Positions 1 through 11,739 of a stretch of 64,000 bases of DNA are shown here, piece after piece. Position numbers and translations under genes: made by a program. Within the stretch, counting starts at the first letter, position 1, and every line of letters starts with the position of its first letter. The notes under the pieces were generated by a model, which saw only the letters and a list, made by a program, of their open reading frames with translations, was not told the origin of the DNA and did no database searches. This DNA is from Chiloscyllium plagiosum (Eukaryota): the NCBI RefSeq assembly GCF_004010195.1, contig NC_057718.1, positions 52,346,254 to 52,410,253 of the forward strand, given 5' to 3'.

Positions 1-125
1 GGGTGTGGGGGCGGGGTTAGGTCTGGGGGCGGGGACGGGGATCGGCGCGGGGGCGGGGTTGGGCGTGGTGATGGCGATAGGCGAAGGGGCGGGGTTAGAC
101 GTGGTGACGGAAATAGGCGTGGGCC
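1..125. repeat. GC/CpG-rich imperfect G-rich tandem repeat with four GGGGCGGGG boxes
   Basis: GGGGCGGGG at 8-16, 26-34, 50-58 and 86-94; many intact CpGs in an otherwise CpG-poor window; truncated by the window edge. Confidence 0.6.
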
Positions 126-1035
126 AAAGTCACTCAAAGGAGTGGGCCATGGTCAGTTCTGGAGTCTGTCCACTAAAAGACAAAGGGGGTAATCAGAGAA
201 GAAAATGGCTGCATCTACACCAGGAATGGCTGGAGTAGGTGCTTCATTCTGTGAGGGAGGGGTTTCAACTTCATTCATTGTGAGGCCCTTCAAACAGCAA
301 CAGCATGACACACAAACCCTCGACTGAAAGTGAAACACAGGACTGACACATACCTGCTTTGTGAATCTTAGGCATTAGACTTCTGTCTACAGTCTAATTC
401 CTTGCCCAAGCTCTCCCGACCACATCATGCCATAGAACAACTAAAGCCCACTAATTCCAGTGATGCAGTATGTATGTTATACTTCACGGAACGATGGAAT
501 ATAATTGCCAAAGTAGGAAATCACTTGCTATTATCCTGTAGCCTGGACATGATACAGGAGCCGCTCACTTTACATTGTGGACTATTGAACATTGTGTAGT
601 ACTAACGATGGGTGATCTCTGAATCTTCAGATGTTGTTGTTGTGGTTAGACAGAGATTCACATGCACAACTAATAATGACAAGTGCAGATGTATTCACAA
701 AAATATATTAACATTGAGATAGCACAGCATCACCTCTGTGGCATCAGAAGGTCTTCATCTTTCCTGCTCTCCCAATCTGTCTCAATGCATTCCTGAGTTC
801 TGCAGCTGGGATGGGGACAGCCTGCCCTTTGCTGGGGCTCGGTGGCTCGGTCAGGGGACCACCATGGCTTTTGGATTTCAAAAGGCCCAGGCATATTGAG
901 TGTGACTTGCTCCAAGAAAGGTCTACCTTCCTCAGCCTGAGCACCCATAGGACTGACGCTGGAGGTAGAAGGACCAGCCACTTCCGGAGTGTCATGGGAG
1001 GAGACTTCCGGAAGGCCTGTGTATGGTTCTTCCTC

Positions 1036-1171
1036 GACGAGAAAGTGGTTCCTGCAATGCTGGAGATTAGAGTCAAGATTAGAGTAGTGCTGGAAAAGCA
1101 CAGCAGGTCAGGCAGCATCCAAGGAGCAGGAAAATCGACATTTCGGACAAAAGCCCTTCATTAGGAATTCC
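1036..1171 (-). mobile_element. Short Penelope-derived element with degenerate hammerhead motif
   Basis: 11-bp TSD GGTTCTTCCTC (1025-1035 / 1172-1182); minus strand CTAATGA-A-GGGC-TTTT-GTCC-GAAAT-GTC. Confidence 0.8.
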
Positions 1172-1727
1172 GGTTCTTCCTCTGGCTGGGCGACTACTGG
1201 CCCAGTCCTGTCTCCATGTGAGGAAGGAGTACCTGCATTCCTGCATTGTGGTCAAGGTCCCTTACTGTTGGTGCTGAGCATGGATGACTAGGATGATGGA
1301 ATGCAAGTTTTGCCATTATCTAGTAGACTCAAACTGCTGGACCTGGCACTCCATGACAACTGCCAAACTGGCCATGAAGATAGTCAGCTGATTGCATGCC
1401 TGAGGCAGCATAGTGCCAAACCTTAGTGTCATGGTGCCCAGTGCCCTGGACAAACTTATCCCCTGTTCCTGTGTCTGCTTGTGAAATGCATGAAGTTCCT
1501 GATTGCTAACAACACTGGGTTCTCTCCTGTATGGAACTGAGTAGGTGTAGTTCTCCAAGTGCCAACAAACTGAGGGGTTTCTTCCTCAATCAGTTGCAGA
1601 GATGAGACAGTGAAGTGCTCACATGCAGGAGTCCCTGGCCCTAATCTAGATAACACTGAAATGCCAGGGTCTGAGCTGGTGGAGGATGCAGGAGGGCCAG
1701 CCTTGACAGTGTTCCACTGAGCAATCC

Positions 1728-2182
1728 GTTGCTAAGGTTTGGAGGATTTGAGCTATCGGAAGAGGCTGAACAGGCTGGGGCTGTTTTCCCTGGAACGTTG
1801 GAGGCTGAGGGGTGACCTCATAGAGGTTTATAAAATCATGAGGTCATGGATAGGATAAATAGACAGTCTTTTCCCTGGGGTGGGGGAGTCCAGAACTAGA
1901 GGACATAGGTTTAGAGTGAGAGGGGAAAGATATAAAAGAGACCTAAGGGGCAACCCTTTTTCAGAGGGTGGTGCGTGTTAGCAATAAGCTGCCAGAGGAA
2001 GTGGTGGAGGCTGGTACAATTGCAACATCTAAAAGGCACCTGGATGGGTGTATGAGTCGGAAGGGTTTGGAGGGATATGGGCCGGGTGCTGGCAGGTGGG
2101 ACTAGATTGGGTTGGGATATCTGGTTGGCATGGATGACTTGGACCAAAGGGTCTGTTTCTCTCTGTACGTCTCTCTGACTCG
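1728..2182 (+). mobile_element. CR1 (HER1-type) LINE 3' fragment
   Basis: Encodes LEDLSYRKRLNRLGLFSLERWRLRGDLIEVYKIM; 3' UTR ggaccaaagggtctgtttc and short tandem tail. Confidence 0.9.
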
Positions 2183-2395
2183 ATGATAGTCCTGTTCATA
2201 ATGACCACCATGAGCATTCAACCATTGCCTTCGAGAGACAAAAGAAAGAAAGTATCACAGGCCAAGGTTTAGAAGTTAGGAAATGTTAACAATGAATTTG
2301 CATTTGGTGGGAGAATGATCAATGCTTCTTACTTAATTTCCAGATCTCCACATGTCTGGTACCAGTCTTCACCTGCAAGGGCCAAGACCATCTTT

Positions 2396-2571
2396 GTAAG
2401 AGAGTGGAGGATCCGGAGGGAGGTCCGTTGCTGGAGGCTGCGGATTTGTTGAAGGGCCTGTGCCCGAAACGTCGAATGATTCCTGAAGAAGGGCCTGTGC
2501 CCGAAACGTCGAATCTCCTGTTCCCTGGATGCTGCCTGACCTGCTGTGCTGTTCCAGCAATAAAGTTTCAA
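2396..2571 (+). mobile_element. Short Penelope-derived element with partly duplicated hammerhead
   Basis: 14-bp TSD CCAAGACCATCTTT (2382-2395 / 2572-2585); body gatgctgcctgacctgctgtgctgttccagc; interrupts the Harbinger exon. Confidence 0.85.
2478..2515 (+). ncRNA. Minimal hammerhead ribozyme motif with intact core
   Basis: GATTC / CTGAAGA / A / GGGC-CTGT-GCCC / GAAAC / GTC / GAATC: stem I GATTC:GAATC, 4-bp stem II, palindromic ACGT stem III. Confidence 0.8.
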
Positions 2572-3941
2572 CCAAGACCATCTTTTCATGGTGGGTGAAG
2601 AGATGAATATCCCAGCTCCCATCCTGGCCCTGTTACAGACAGTTTTCTCCTGTAATGAGAGAAAAGGGAGGTACTGAGTAAGATGTAAGTGGGTGGCACA
2701 GCTGTTTAGTGCCAGTGCATTTGAGAAAAATCTGGTGAGTTGCCCTAAGTAAGTGAGCGAGTAGGCAATGCAGATGGCCAGCCGACTAATGGGTGCAAGG
2801 GAGGTAACAGCAAGTGAGAGAAGATGTCACATATAGGAGTGTGAGTGGTACAGCATTAGTCTTGAAGGAATGTGAGTGCCGAAGCAGCAAATGAGTGCAG
2901 GTGAGATTGCAGACAGCAATTCAGGGCATTTTCCCTGGTAAAGCAGAGAAGGCCAGTTACCTTCCTCCTGCTTTGTTAGATGTTTCCTTGGACCACATAG
3001 ACCACTCAGACCAGGTTGACAGAGTCTGGTGTCATAGGCTCCTCTGCTAATCATTAGGAAAGAGGATGCCTCTGCTTGACACCATCCTCAGGACCCCCAG
3101 GTCCAATCTCACAAAATAAGGTGCAAATTTCCCTTGTCCATCATGTCCAGGGCAAATATTGGCAAATAAACAGGGTAGCTCGAGACTGCCAACTTGTGAC
3201 AGGAAGTGCAACAGCCTGTTAAATGTGATGCTGACTAAGTTGGATTAGGGAGTAGTCCCTCATATTCAACTACACGTGTTTAAGAAAGGAGATTAGCAGA
3301 TTCCACACGACCCAAATTAGCAGGTCAGATACTAGGTGACTTTTATATACTGACTGATGTAACCATTTGTACACACAACATGAATCATGTACATGCATGG
3401 AATGGTCACACTCATAACATTTCTATCAAAGTGATTTGTGCTAGCCATACGGTAAATGAAGTGAGTAGATCCTGTGCAATTTTCTTTGAAGTTGAGGGTC
3501 CAGTAATACATAAAGCAGCTCAATATTATGGAGCTAAATTGGTGGTCAATGTAACATGCCACACCATTTATTTATTTTTATAATTCTGCATAAAAAATGG
3601 TATACAATTTATTGTTGATCCTAATCATAGCAAACAGAGATGAATGTTGCTCATAACTTTGGATATTATTTTGCTTAAACATAAATTGAAGCTAATTTGC
3701 AGAATGTCCTTAATTTGCAATTTGAAAAACTCTTATGTTATTACAGACAATACTAATTGTTAAAAATCATAATATATTAAAAATGTCAATGTATCTCTTT
3801 ATGTCTAAATGATTACGGTGAAGTTAGTTCATCTGCTATAATCAATCGAGTATACCTGGAATTTGATACGTAATTTATGAAATACAATTTAAACTTCATT
3901 TAAAATAATATGTTTTCTTTTGTCTCAATTACCCGTTACAA

Positions 3942-4249
3942 GGCGGCACAGTGGTTCAGTGCTGTCTCGCAGCACCATGGACCCGGGTTCGATTCCAGCC
4001 TCAGGGGACTGTCTGTGTGGAGTTTGCACACTCTCCCAGTGTCTGTGTGGGTTTCCTTCGGGTGCTCTGGTTTCCTCCCACAATCCAAAGACGTGCAGGT
4101 TAGGTGAACTGGCCAGGCTAAATTGCCCATAGTGTTAGTCAGGGGTAAATACCGGTTGGGGAATGGGTCTGGATGGGTTACTCTTTGGAGGGTCAGTATG
4201 GACTTGTTGGGCCGAAGGGCCTGTTTCCATACCGTAGGGAATCTAATCT
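3942..4249 (+). mobile_element. HE1-type tRNA-derived SINE
   Basis: A-box GGCACAGTGG, B-box GGTTCGATTCC (3986-3996), core tgtgtggagtttgcac...ggtttcctcccacaatccaaag, CR1-like tail gggccgaagggcctgtttcc. Confidence 0.9.
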
Positions 4250-4324
4250 CTGAGACCTATTCTGAGGCTTCCACCTATGTCTTGAAGATACATGAACTTG
4301 TGCATACATTTTATCTCATAGTAG

Positions 4325-7000
4325 TGTAAAGACCACGTCTTTGAAAAAAAAATGAATTAGATTACAAAATGTGAAAGGACTGCTTTATACTAAGGACTGT
4401 GGAAGGAGTTGCTGTATTTTTAAAAACAAGTTACTGGAATGCACTGTGAGTTGTGTTTACACTGCTACTTTGTTGAAGCAGTGGAGGAAGATGTCGAAGC
4501 TGCACAGTACAATTAATGGGCCTGCAGAGCAAGCTTCATCCAGAAACAATGTGCTGATTGATTTGTATAACCAGGACCAGTTGAGGAGGCCATGAGTTAT
4601 CAATATGACAACAAGCTTCTGATTGGCTCCTTGGCATGTGAACAGAATGTGTTCGGACTGAAAAAGAGACAAGGGTCTCTCTCCTTGTCTTTTCAGTGAA
4701 GTAAACAAAAACTGGAAATATTATCTACTCTCTCCCACATCTGCTGTAAGTTGTTGACTGAAAGGCTGAATAATTAATGTGTCAACTGGCCACATCTTTG
4801 CCAAAGAACTGACAGATTCTTGAATTAAGGAGATTAGAGCAGAAGATCTTGGAAGAAGCACAAAGGGCAACTCATTGAAAATTGTGGGCGAGCCTTATTG
4901 TTCTGTGTTTCCTTTTTTTAAAAAACAATTCATAACATCCAGGTTTGTTTGTCTCTTTCTATCTGCATGTATGTACCAGGGTTCAGAAGAGGCTTAGGAT
5001 TTCAACGAATGGAATTACATATTGATAATTTACAGTTTTGTTGATCTGTGGTAAGAAGTGATTTCTATTTAGTAAATAATACTTTTTTATAAAATACAGT
5101 GACCTGGGCATTGCTTTCTGTTAACTTGATTCCATCAGACAGAAAAAAAAGGGACTTTAATAATTTGATTAAACCGTTAACTTCTGTGATGATCCTAGGA
5201 AATATAGGACATGAGTGTTCATGACCCATATGGGTCATGACAAGAGACTGGGGGCTTGTCTGGGATTATTTTGAAAATTCTGCATCAAAGATTTGGGTGT
5301 GATATTTGGAGGTGGCACAGAAGTAAAGAAAATGCCACTTTTTCTTTCAACTACAAGAAGAAATGGCACAGGCAAGTGCTAGAGACTGTATGTAGATGAC
5401 AGAGTTGTCCTTGACAAACTTGAAAGAAATTACAGAAGTCAGGTTAACTGAATTGGCAACTGATTTGGGAATAGAAGGAGCAACAAAAGCAAGAAGGCAG
5501 AGATAATCAAAGGGGTAACACAGCATTTAGGTTTAGAAATACAAGAGAGACCAGATACTCAAGATATTGAAACATTAGAATCAATTAAACTTGAGTTACA
5601 GTTAAAACCACTTGAGCATGTGAAAAGAATGAAAAAGCTAGATAGAGTAGGAAGTTAAAAGGCAGGAAATGGAAATAAGAAAATGAGTATTAGAATTACA
5701 AAAGGAAAGAGAAAAGAAAAAGAAAAAAAATGAATAAAATATCGAGAAAAGACCCATTAGGTATTGACGAGTGCCGTACTGGGATGTATCCCACGATTTA
5801 AAGACACGAAAGAAATGTTTAAGCCTATGCAGGACTTTGAAAATTTGAGGCGAGGGACGTGGAGTCTTGCTTTATATCCTTTCAAAAAGGAGCATTGCAA
5901 ATGAATTGGCTAAAAACATACGAGAATTGCCCTATCAAAGCAAGTTGACAGGTGGAACACAGGTATATGCTTCACTGTCCAAAAAGGTTTCTTGGGGTTA
6001 TGAAACGGTGAAAACAATGTACACTGACTGCATAACAATTAGGGCCTGAAGCACATAGAGAAAGGCTTCAGAATTTAAAGTAACAGCCTGGCCAAACCTG
6101 TATTAAATTCCAGAGAGCTAAGCAAAGTAATGTTGACAGATGGATATGAAGTTGAAACTACATATGAAGTCCTTATACAAGTTCCCTTGGAAGAGTTTTA
6201 AATCTCACTATCTTCTGTTGGAAGAAACCACATTAAAGACCAAAATGTTGCAACTGCTAGTTGACAATCATAAGCTGATCCATAAATTTACCCATCATCC
6301 TCATAAATTCAAAAGTGGGAGAATGAAAGGAAGGCAAGTAGTGGTGTAAAGAATGGAATGCCCCAAATATCCTCCTCAGGTCAGAAAGGAAAGTGCTCAG
6401 GATGGAGGTAAGAAACAGAAGCTGAAGGATTTCCATTGTAAGAAAGGGCACACATTTAATAGGGGTGCTGGAAGTTGTGAGGGAAGCCCATGGCATTTAT
6501 TGGGATTTCTAAGATTGAATGTGAAAAGGAAACTCAAAAGAAAAATACCACAGATCAACTGATAACTTTAACTACAAATAAAAGATCAAATGTATACACT
6601 TCTATAAGAAATAGATGAGAGATAAAAAGGGTTTTTGTCGAAATCTACTTTCTCAATACAGCCAAGTTCATATCTATATTAAAGGATAAAGGCTACATAA
6701 AAATCTTTTGCTGGAGAAGGGCTTCATATTCCTCCAGAAAGTTCAAAGAAATTCCATGCAAGTCATAGTTTTATCTACAATTGGTGAAAATCTGAATCAG
6801 GCTGAAGAGACAGACCAGTTGCAAGAAGAAGTTCCAAGTATTTTTTCATCATTTATAGTAATCAGAGCAAAAGATTAACAAATTCCACTACCAGAGGTCA
6901 AAGTTATACCACAAGCAGATTTTAGGGTTGCTGAAACATCCTTCTCGACAGAAATGATTTGTTCCATCTATTTAACTAGTCAAATCCCAGAACAAAATAT
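4325..7000 (+). mobile_element. Decayed Gypsy (Gmr1-like) LTR retrotransposon: 5' LTR, PBS and gag remnant
   Basis: Probable LTR TGT...TGACA (about 4325-5242); PBS at 5249-5266; gag remnants QSKLTGGTQVYASLS..YETVK, PEAHRERLQNLK..PGQT, LEEFK and a decayed Zn-knuckle FHCKKGH near 6430; 3' boundary uncertain. Confidence 0.7.
5249..5266 (+). promoter_or_regulatory. tRNA-Pro primer-binding site
   Basis: TGGGGGCTTGTCTGGGAT versus TGGGGGCTCGTCCGGGAT (complement of the tRNA-Pro 3' end); both differences are CpG>TpG. Confidence 0.8.
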
Positions 7001-8635
7001 GGCTTGATAGAATTTATTTGCTGTGCTTTGTTAATTAAAGTGGTGGTTAGACTACACATTTTACTTGACAACAGATGTTTATTCCATTATAGAAAAAAGA
7101 AAAACAAACACTGTTATCTAGACAGAGAAGACAGCAAGATCTAAAACATAACAAAAAAAGATTCAACCTGGATTTTGCGAATTTATTTAAAGGACTCTCT
7201 TCTTTAAAATAAAATCCCTCATAGAAGTAACCCACACCACTTGTCTATAACTTGAAATATAAATTTCAAAACTGATATTATTAATTACAAAATCTGTGAT
7301 TAATGTGATAAATGATCATACTACAGCTCATTTTTCAAACTGGTCATGTCAAAATCTGGTAATAGCACAGATATGTCACTATCTTGAGAATATTTGTTCT
7401 TCAGCAACGTGAAAAGTAACTTTATGAATGTCTTGATATTTATTACCAAGCAACTCTGGCCAAATGGAAGACCTGCCAGAGAAATAAGGTTTCTTTTTGA
7501 CTATTTTGTTTTCTACAGCCACAGAATTGGTTAAAAATAGATCAGTCTTGACCATTCTTGAAAAGGAAAAAAAATGATCTTCTTAGAAGAACTTCCTTTC
7601 AAGAGAGGGACCTTCTTCCAGGGAGAGAAGTGGACAGAGATGAACCTACATGAAGAACACAGGGCTGGATACAGCACTAGCATTTGAAAAATACAAACAA
7701 TAAAAATATAGGAAAGTTATGAGTTATTGATTACTCAGGAATGGTTATGTGTATGTATTCAAGTGTTAAAGGAGAAAGAAAAAACTATTTTTTAGTCAAC
7801 CTGTAATTATCTATCTTATTATTACTTAAGACACTCCAGCAAAAGGAAAGAAAGAAATTTAATGATTCCATGATTTATGTAATTCGTAAGTGGGAAAGGC
7901 ATTCTTTGAATTCTGAAGTTTAATACAGAAAGTGATAGTGAGAATAGACATCAATTAAGTTAATAATTGATCATGTAATTAATTACTTAGTAATAATTGG
8001 AAATGCAGACTAACAAATCCTTGGGTCTTGATGGACTTCAAACTGGAATCTTAAAATGAGAAGTTAATGAGAACATGTGATACATTGGTTTTCATTTTCC
8101 AAGTTTTAAAGATTCAGGAATGTTCCATGAAATTGGAAAAGAGAAAACGTCACACCTATATTTACAAAGGGGGACAGAAAGCAGGAAACTGTGTCCAGTA
8201 AGCTGAACAACTTGTAAGTAAGATGTTAGAAGATATCATTAAAGACATTTTAGTAAAGCATTTAGAAAAATTCAAGGAAATGAGGTAGAATCAATATGGT
8301 TTGGTGAAAGGGAAATCATTTTTAACCAATTTATGGAGTTCTTTGAGGAGGGTCCATATATTGCAGATAAAAGGGGACCAGAAAATATCTTCCAGACTTC
8401 CAGAAGATTTTTGATAAGGGCCTTGTCAATTTTTAATTGCAGAAAATAATAACTCACAGTGTAGTGGGTAACATATTGACATAGAAAGAAGAATGACTAG
8501 CTAACAGGAAATGAAGTAGGCATAAATGGGTAACCTCCTAGTCAGGAAGAGATTACAAGTGGGTGCCACAGGGATCTCTGCCAACATGTCAATTTCGCAA
8601 AATTTATATAAATGAAGGACCGAAGGTTTGTTGTG

Positions 8636-8764
8636 GAGAAAGTGAGGATTGCAGATGCTGGAGATCAGAGTCGAACAGTGTGGAGCTGGAATAGCACAGC
8701 TGGTCAGGCAGATTCTGAGGAGCAGGAGTGTCATTGTTTCGAGCATAGGTTCTTCATTAGGAAT
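8636..8764 (-). mobile_element. Short Penelope-derived element with degenerate hammerhead
   Basis: 11-bp TSD GGTTTGTTGTG (8625-8635 / 8765-8775); gagaaagtgaggattgcagatgctggag...cttcattaggaat. Confidence 0.85.
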
Positions 8765-8806
8765 GGTTTGTTGTGAAATTTGCTGATGGTGCTGTGATGT
8801 AGGTTG

Positions 8807-9706
8807 TGTGACTTATAGGTACTTAATAATATTTATTTTGAGGTTTTGTTTCTTGACTTAGTAAAATGTGAGTTTTCTACGTGTATAAAGTTAATAATTA
8901 ACTTGGAAGTATTGCTGTAGACATGGCAATTTCTTTTAAAATAGTATTTGAGACCAACCTTCACATTTAATTAATTTTTGTGCACCACAAATGTAGTTTT
9001 ATTAACCTTTAAATTATTTTGCAATATGGCAAAATAAATAATAGGACCTCAGAGTTTGATAGATTTCTGGACTTGTTTGTATTGAAGCTTAAGGGAAACA
9101 CCCATAACTAGACAGGCATTGTTTTATCCTTGGGTTTTTGCCTATTTAGACCAGTACTCTTAAGAAGGGAAACATATAATGAAACAACCCTTAAAAGTAA
9201 TTCTGGTTTTAGACCAGGATTGTTGGGATAAAAGCCTGAAGGGGTTACTTAATGATGCATATTTCTAGCTTCAGTTGTTAACAACTCAAAGAAGAAACTC
9301 TTTACAATTCTAGTCTATAAATTAAAGTTCCAAGTTACCTCCAGGTACCAAATTAACAGAGATGCTGGGTATGAATACTGCATAAGTGGTATTTTGGGGT
9401 ATTATTTTAGATGCATTTTGGGGACGTTGCAAAAGCTGTTATTTTTCTTTTCAATTTATAATGGGGTGTTTTTACATTTACTGTGTGCTTAAAAATCTTT
9501 GTATTTATGTTGAAAGTACATTGTTTGGTTTATTCTAATTGGTATTAATTTCTATTGTTAATAACTTTCTTTTAAATCTGCACTATTGTGTTATGTTTCA
9601 GTGAGAGACCGCTTCATCAAAACCAAACCAAACCAAATCAAAGTAAGATCTTTCGAGAGTGAGGAAAAACACAGCAAGTCAGGCAGCATCCAAGGAGTGG
9701 CTGNNN

Positions 9707-9739
<33 letters not shown>

Positions 9740-9934
9740 CGGGGGGTGCAGCTGAGAATGCAATAGCTAGATGAAAGTGGGGGAGAAGGTGATACATCAA
9801 AGAGGAGGATGGAACAGGTAAATGGGAAAGACCTCTTAGCCTGTCAACCATCTTTCCCATCCTATGATCTGTCAACCCCAAGTTCTAGTTTGGTATTTGA
9901 CTTGCCAGTAATAACATTAGCTGGGACCATAATA
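8807..9934 (+). mobile_element. Possible solo LTR inserted in CR1
   Basis: Non-CR1 block interrupting the CR1 RT; TGTGAC...CATAATA ends; 4-bp flanks GTTG/GTTC. Confidence 0.3.
9655..9832 (-). mobile_element. Penelope-derived fragment spanning an assembly gap
   Basis: aaaacacagcaagtcaggcagcatccaaggag before NNN (9704-9706); purine-rich PLE-type UTR after the poly-G. Confidence 0.55.
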
Positions 9935-10576
9935 GTTCCAAGATAGATAGGAAAGAAAGCTGAGAAATGGGTGCAAGGAGGTTCCAAAGAGATATAGATA
10001 GGCTAAAGAGCATAGGTAAAAATCTTGAAAATGAAAAAACTGGACAATTGTCTGCTTTTGGTAGTAAGAATTTAGAAATAGGGAGACCCCTTGAGATGTA
10101 TAAGGATTTAGGTGAGCCAGTCCATACACTGCAGAAAGTTAGTATGCAGGTACATTAAGTATCAGGAGTCATTATTCAAGGAAGAATGGAAGTGATCTAC
10201 TAGATTGATACCAAGAATTAGTGCATTGTATTCTAAAGATTAGTTGGACGAGTTGGCCTTGTTTCAATTAGATTTGATTAAAGTGTATATAACCCTGAAT
10301 GATCTTGAATAGGTGAATGTGGAAAGGATGTTGGTTCTCATGGGGGAATCCAGAACTAAACAGCACTATTTTGAAATTAGGGGTTTCTCTTTCAGAACAG
10401 AGAAAAGGAGATTTTTATTTCTTCAAAGGTCGTGTGTCTTTGGATCTCTGCCGCAGAAGGCATGAAATTATTGATTTTTTTTATCAAGTGTGTTGCTGTT
10501 CAACAGAGATATCAAAGATTATTTGGGGTCGATATAAATATGGAATTTGAAGCACAATTGGATTAGCTTTGAACAT

Positions 10577-11572
10577 TTGCATGTTTTGAGATGATTTATA
10601 GCTCATGTTGAGGTTCTGGATGTAAGTTAGCTCATTGAGTTGGAAGGTTTATTTTCAGATGTTTCATCGCCATATTAGATAACATCCTCAGTGAGCCTCT
10701 GCTGAAGCACTGGTGTTAGTGACCTGCTTTTTATTTATGTGTTTAGGTTTCCTTGGGTTGGTGATGTAATTTCCTGTGGTGATGTCAGTTCTTGTTGAGA
10801 TGTAATTTTTAGTTCTTTTTTCTCAGTGGGTGGTAAATGGGGTCCAAGTCGATATATTTGTTGATAGAGTTCCAGTTGGAATGCCATGCTTCAATGAACA
10901 CAGTCCATCGATTTCTCAGCAACAAACCCAAACAAGCAGACAAAATGCATCCAGAAATCCTAGCCACTCTCCATTCCATCAAAGTCATCTCGGAAATGAC
11001 TGCTAGACTACTCAGACTTCTTGGCATTATGGTAGCCCAAACATCCACTAACACACCAAAACAGCAGCTAATGAAATTGAAGGACCCCACACAGACAACA
11101 AGCAAAACTAATGTCATTTACAACATATCTTGCAAGAACTGTAACAAACAGTACACTGGACAAGCAGGCAGAACACTAGCCACCAGGATACATGAACATC
11201 AAGTCGGCACAAAAAGACATGACCCACTCTCACTAGTATCCTTACATACAGATGGAGAAGGATACCACTTTGACTGGGACAACACATCCATCCTAGGACA
11301 AGCCAAACAGAGACATGCATGAGAATTCCTAGAAGCATGGCATTCCAACTGGAACTTTATCAACAAACACATTGACTTGGACCCCATTTACCACCCTCTG
11401 AGAAATAAGAACAGGCAATGACACCACCAACCCAAGGAAACCTAAACACATAAATAGAAAGCAGGTCACTAACACCAGTGCTTCACCGGAGGCTCACTGA
11501 TTATGTTACCTAGAATGGTGAGGAAAAATCTGAAAATGAACCTTCCAGCCCAGTGAGCAAACTTACATCCAG
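10577..11572 (+). mobile_element. 5'-truncated Penelope-like element with GIY-YIG remnant and inverted terminal copy
   Basis: ORF 10837-11322 NVIYNISCKNCNKQYTGQAGRTLATRIHEH...FDWDNTSILGQ; about 10615-10890 is an inverted copy of about 11325-11572; 12-bp TSD AGCTTTGAACAT (10565-10576 / 11573-11584); HHR-like CTGAGGA-T-GTTATC..GGCGAT-GAAAC-ATC on the minus strand near 10655-10695. Confidence 0.9.
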
Positions 11573-11739
11573 AGCTTTGAACATCTTAAATTGTGGTAAA
11601 GTCAAAGGGTTGAATGGTGTATTTCTGACCTATTTAAAAGATGCATGTGCTTCAGTTTGTGCAGGACACAAATGAGACTACGTCTAACTACAGGGAATAG
11701 AATTTGTCACATTATGGAAAGAAAGATACAAATGCTTCA

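Larger units (their letters stand above)
690..3330 (-). mobile_element. Decayed PIF/Harbinger-type transposon remnant carrying a spliced Myb/SANT-like DNA-binding protein gene
   Basis: Minus strand near 3000-3140 reads KFAPYFVRLDLGVLRMVSSRGILFPND*QRSL*HQTLSTWSE, followed by a decayed RRKV..LL block near 2940-2975. A second exon (acceptor ctctcattacag near 2650, donor gtaag near 2330) reads EKTVCNRARMG...MVLALAGEDWYQTCGDLEI. Low-complexity S/T/P exons follow. Stops and frameshifts throughout. Confidence 0.6.
7990..11640 (+). mobile_element. Old fragmented CR1 LINE (RT region to 3' UTR) hosting younger insertions
   Basis: Decayed GLDGL, NVTPIF, QYGLVKGKS and KFAD (near 8776-8790) motifs; resumes near 9940 and again after 11584 with a CR1-type 3' UTR. 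Confidence 0.7.

Noticed and set aside
5..238. Gly/Ala-rich 77-aa ORF
   Set aside because: A translation of the G-rich repeat; no ATG start and no splice support.
9704..9746. Long poly-G run and the Gly-rich/Pro-rich ORFs across it
   Set aside because: It abuts an NNN gap; most likely a sequencing or assembly artefact.
10837..11322. Longest ORF (161 aa) as a domesticated GIY-YIG nuclease gene
   Set aside because: The N-terminus comes from the inverted arm, the frame stops prematurely (RHA*EFLEAWH), and the motif Y-x-G region is altered; treated as a PLE remnant.
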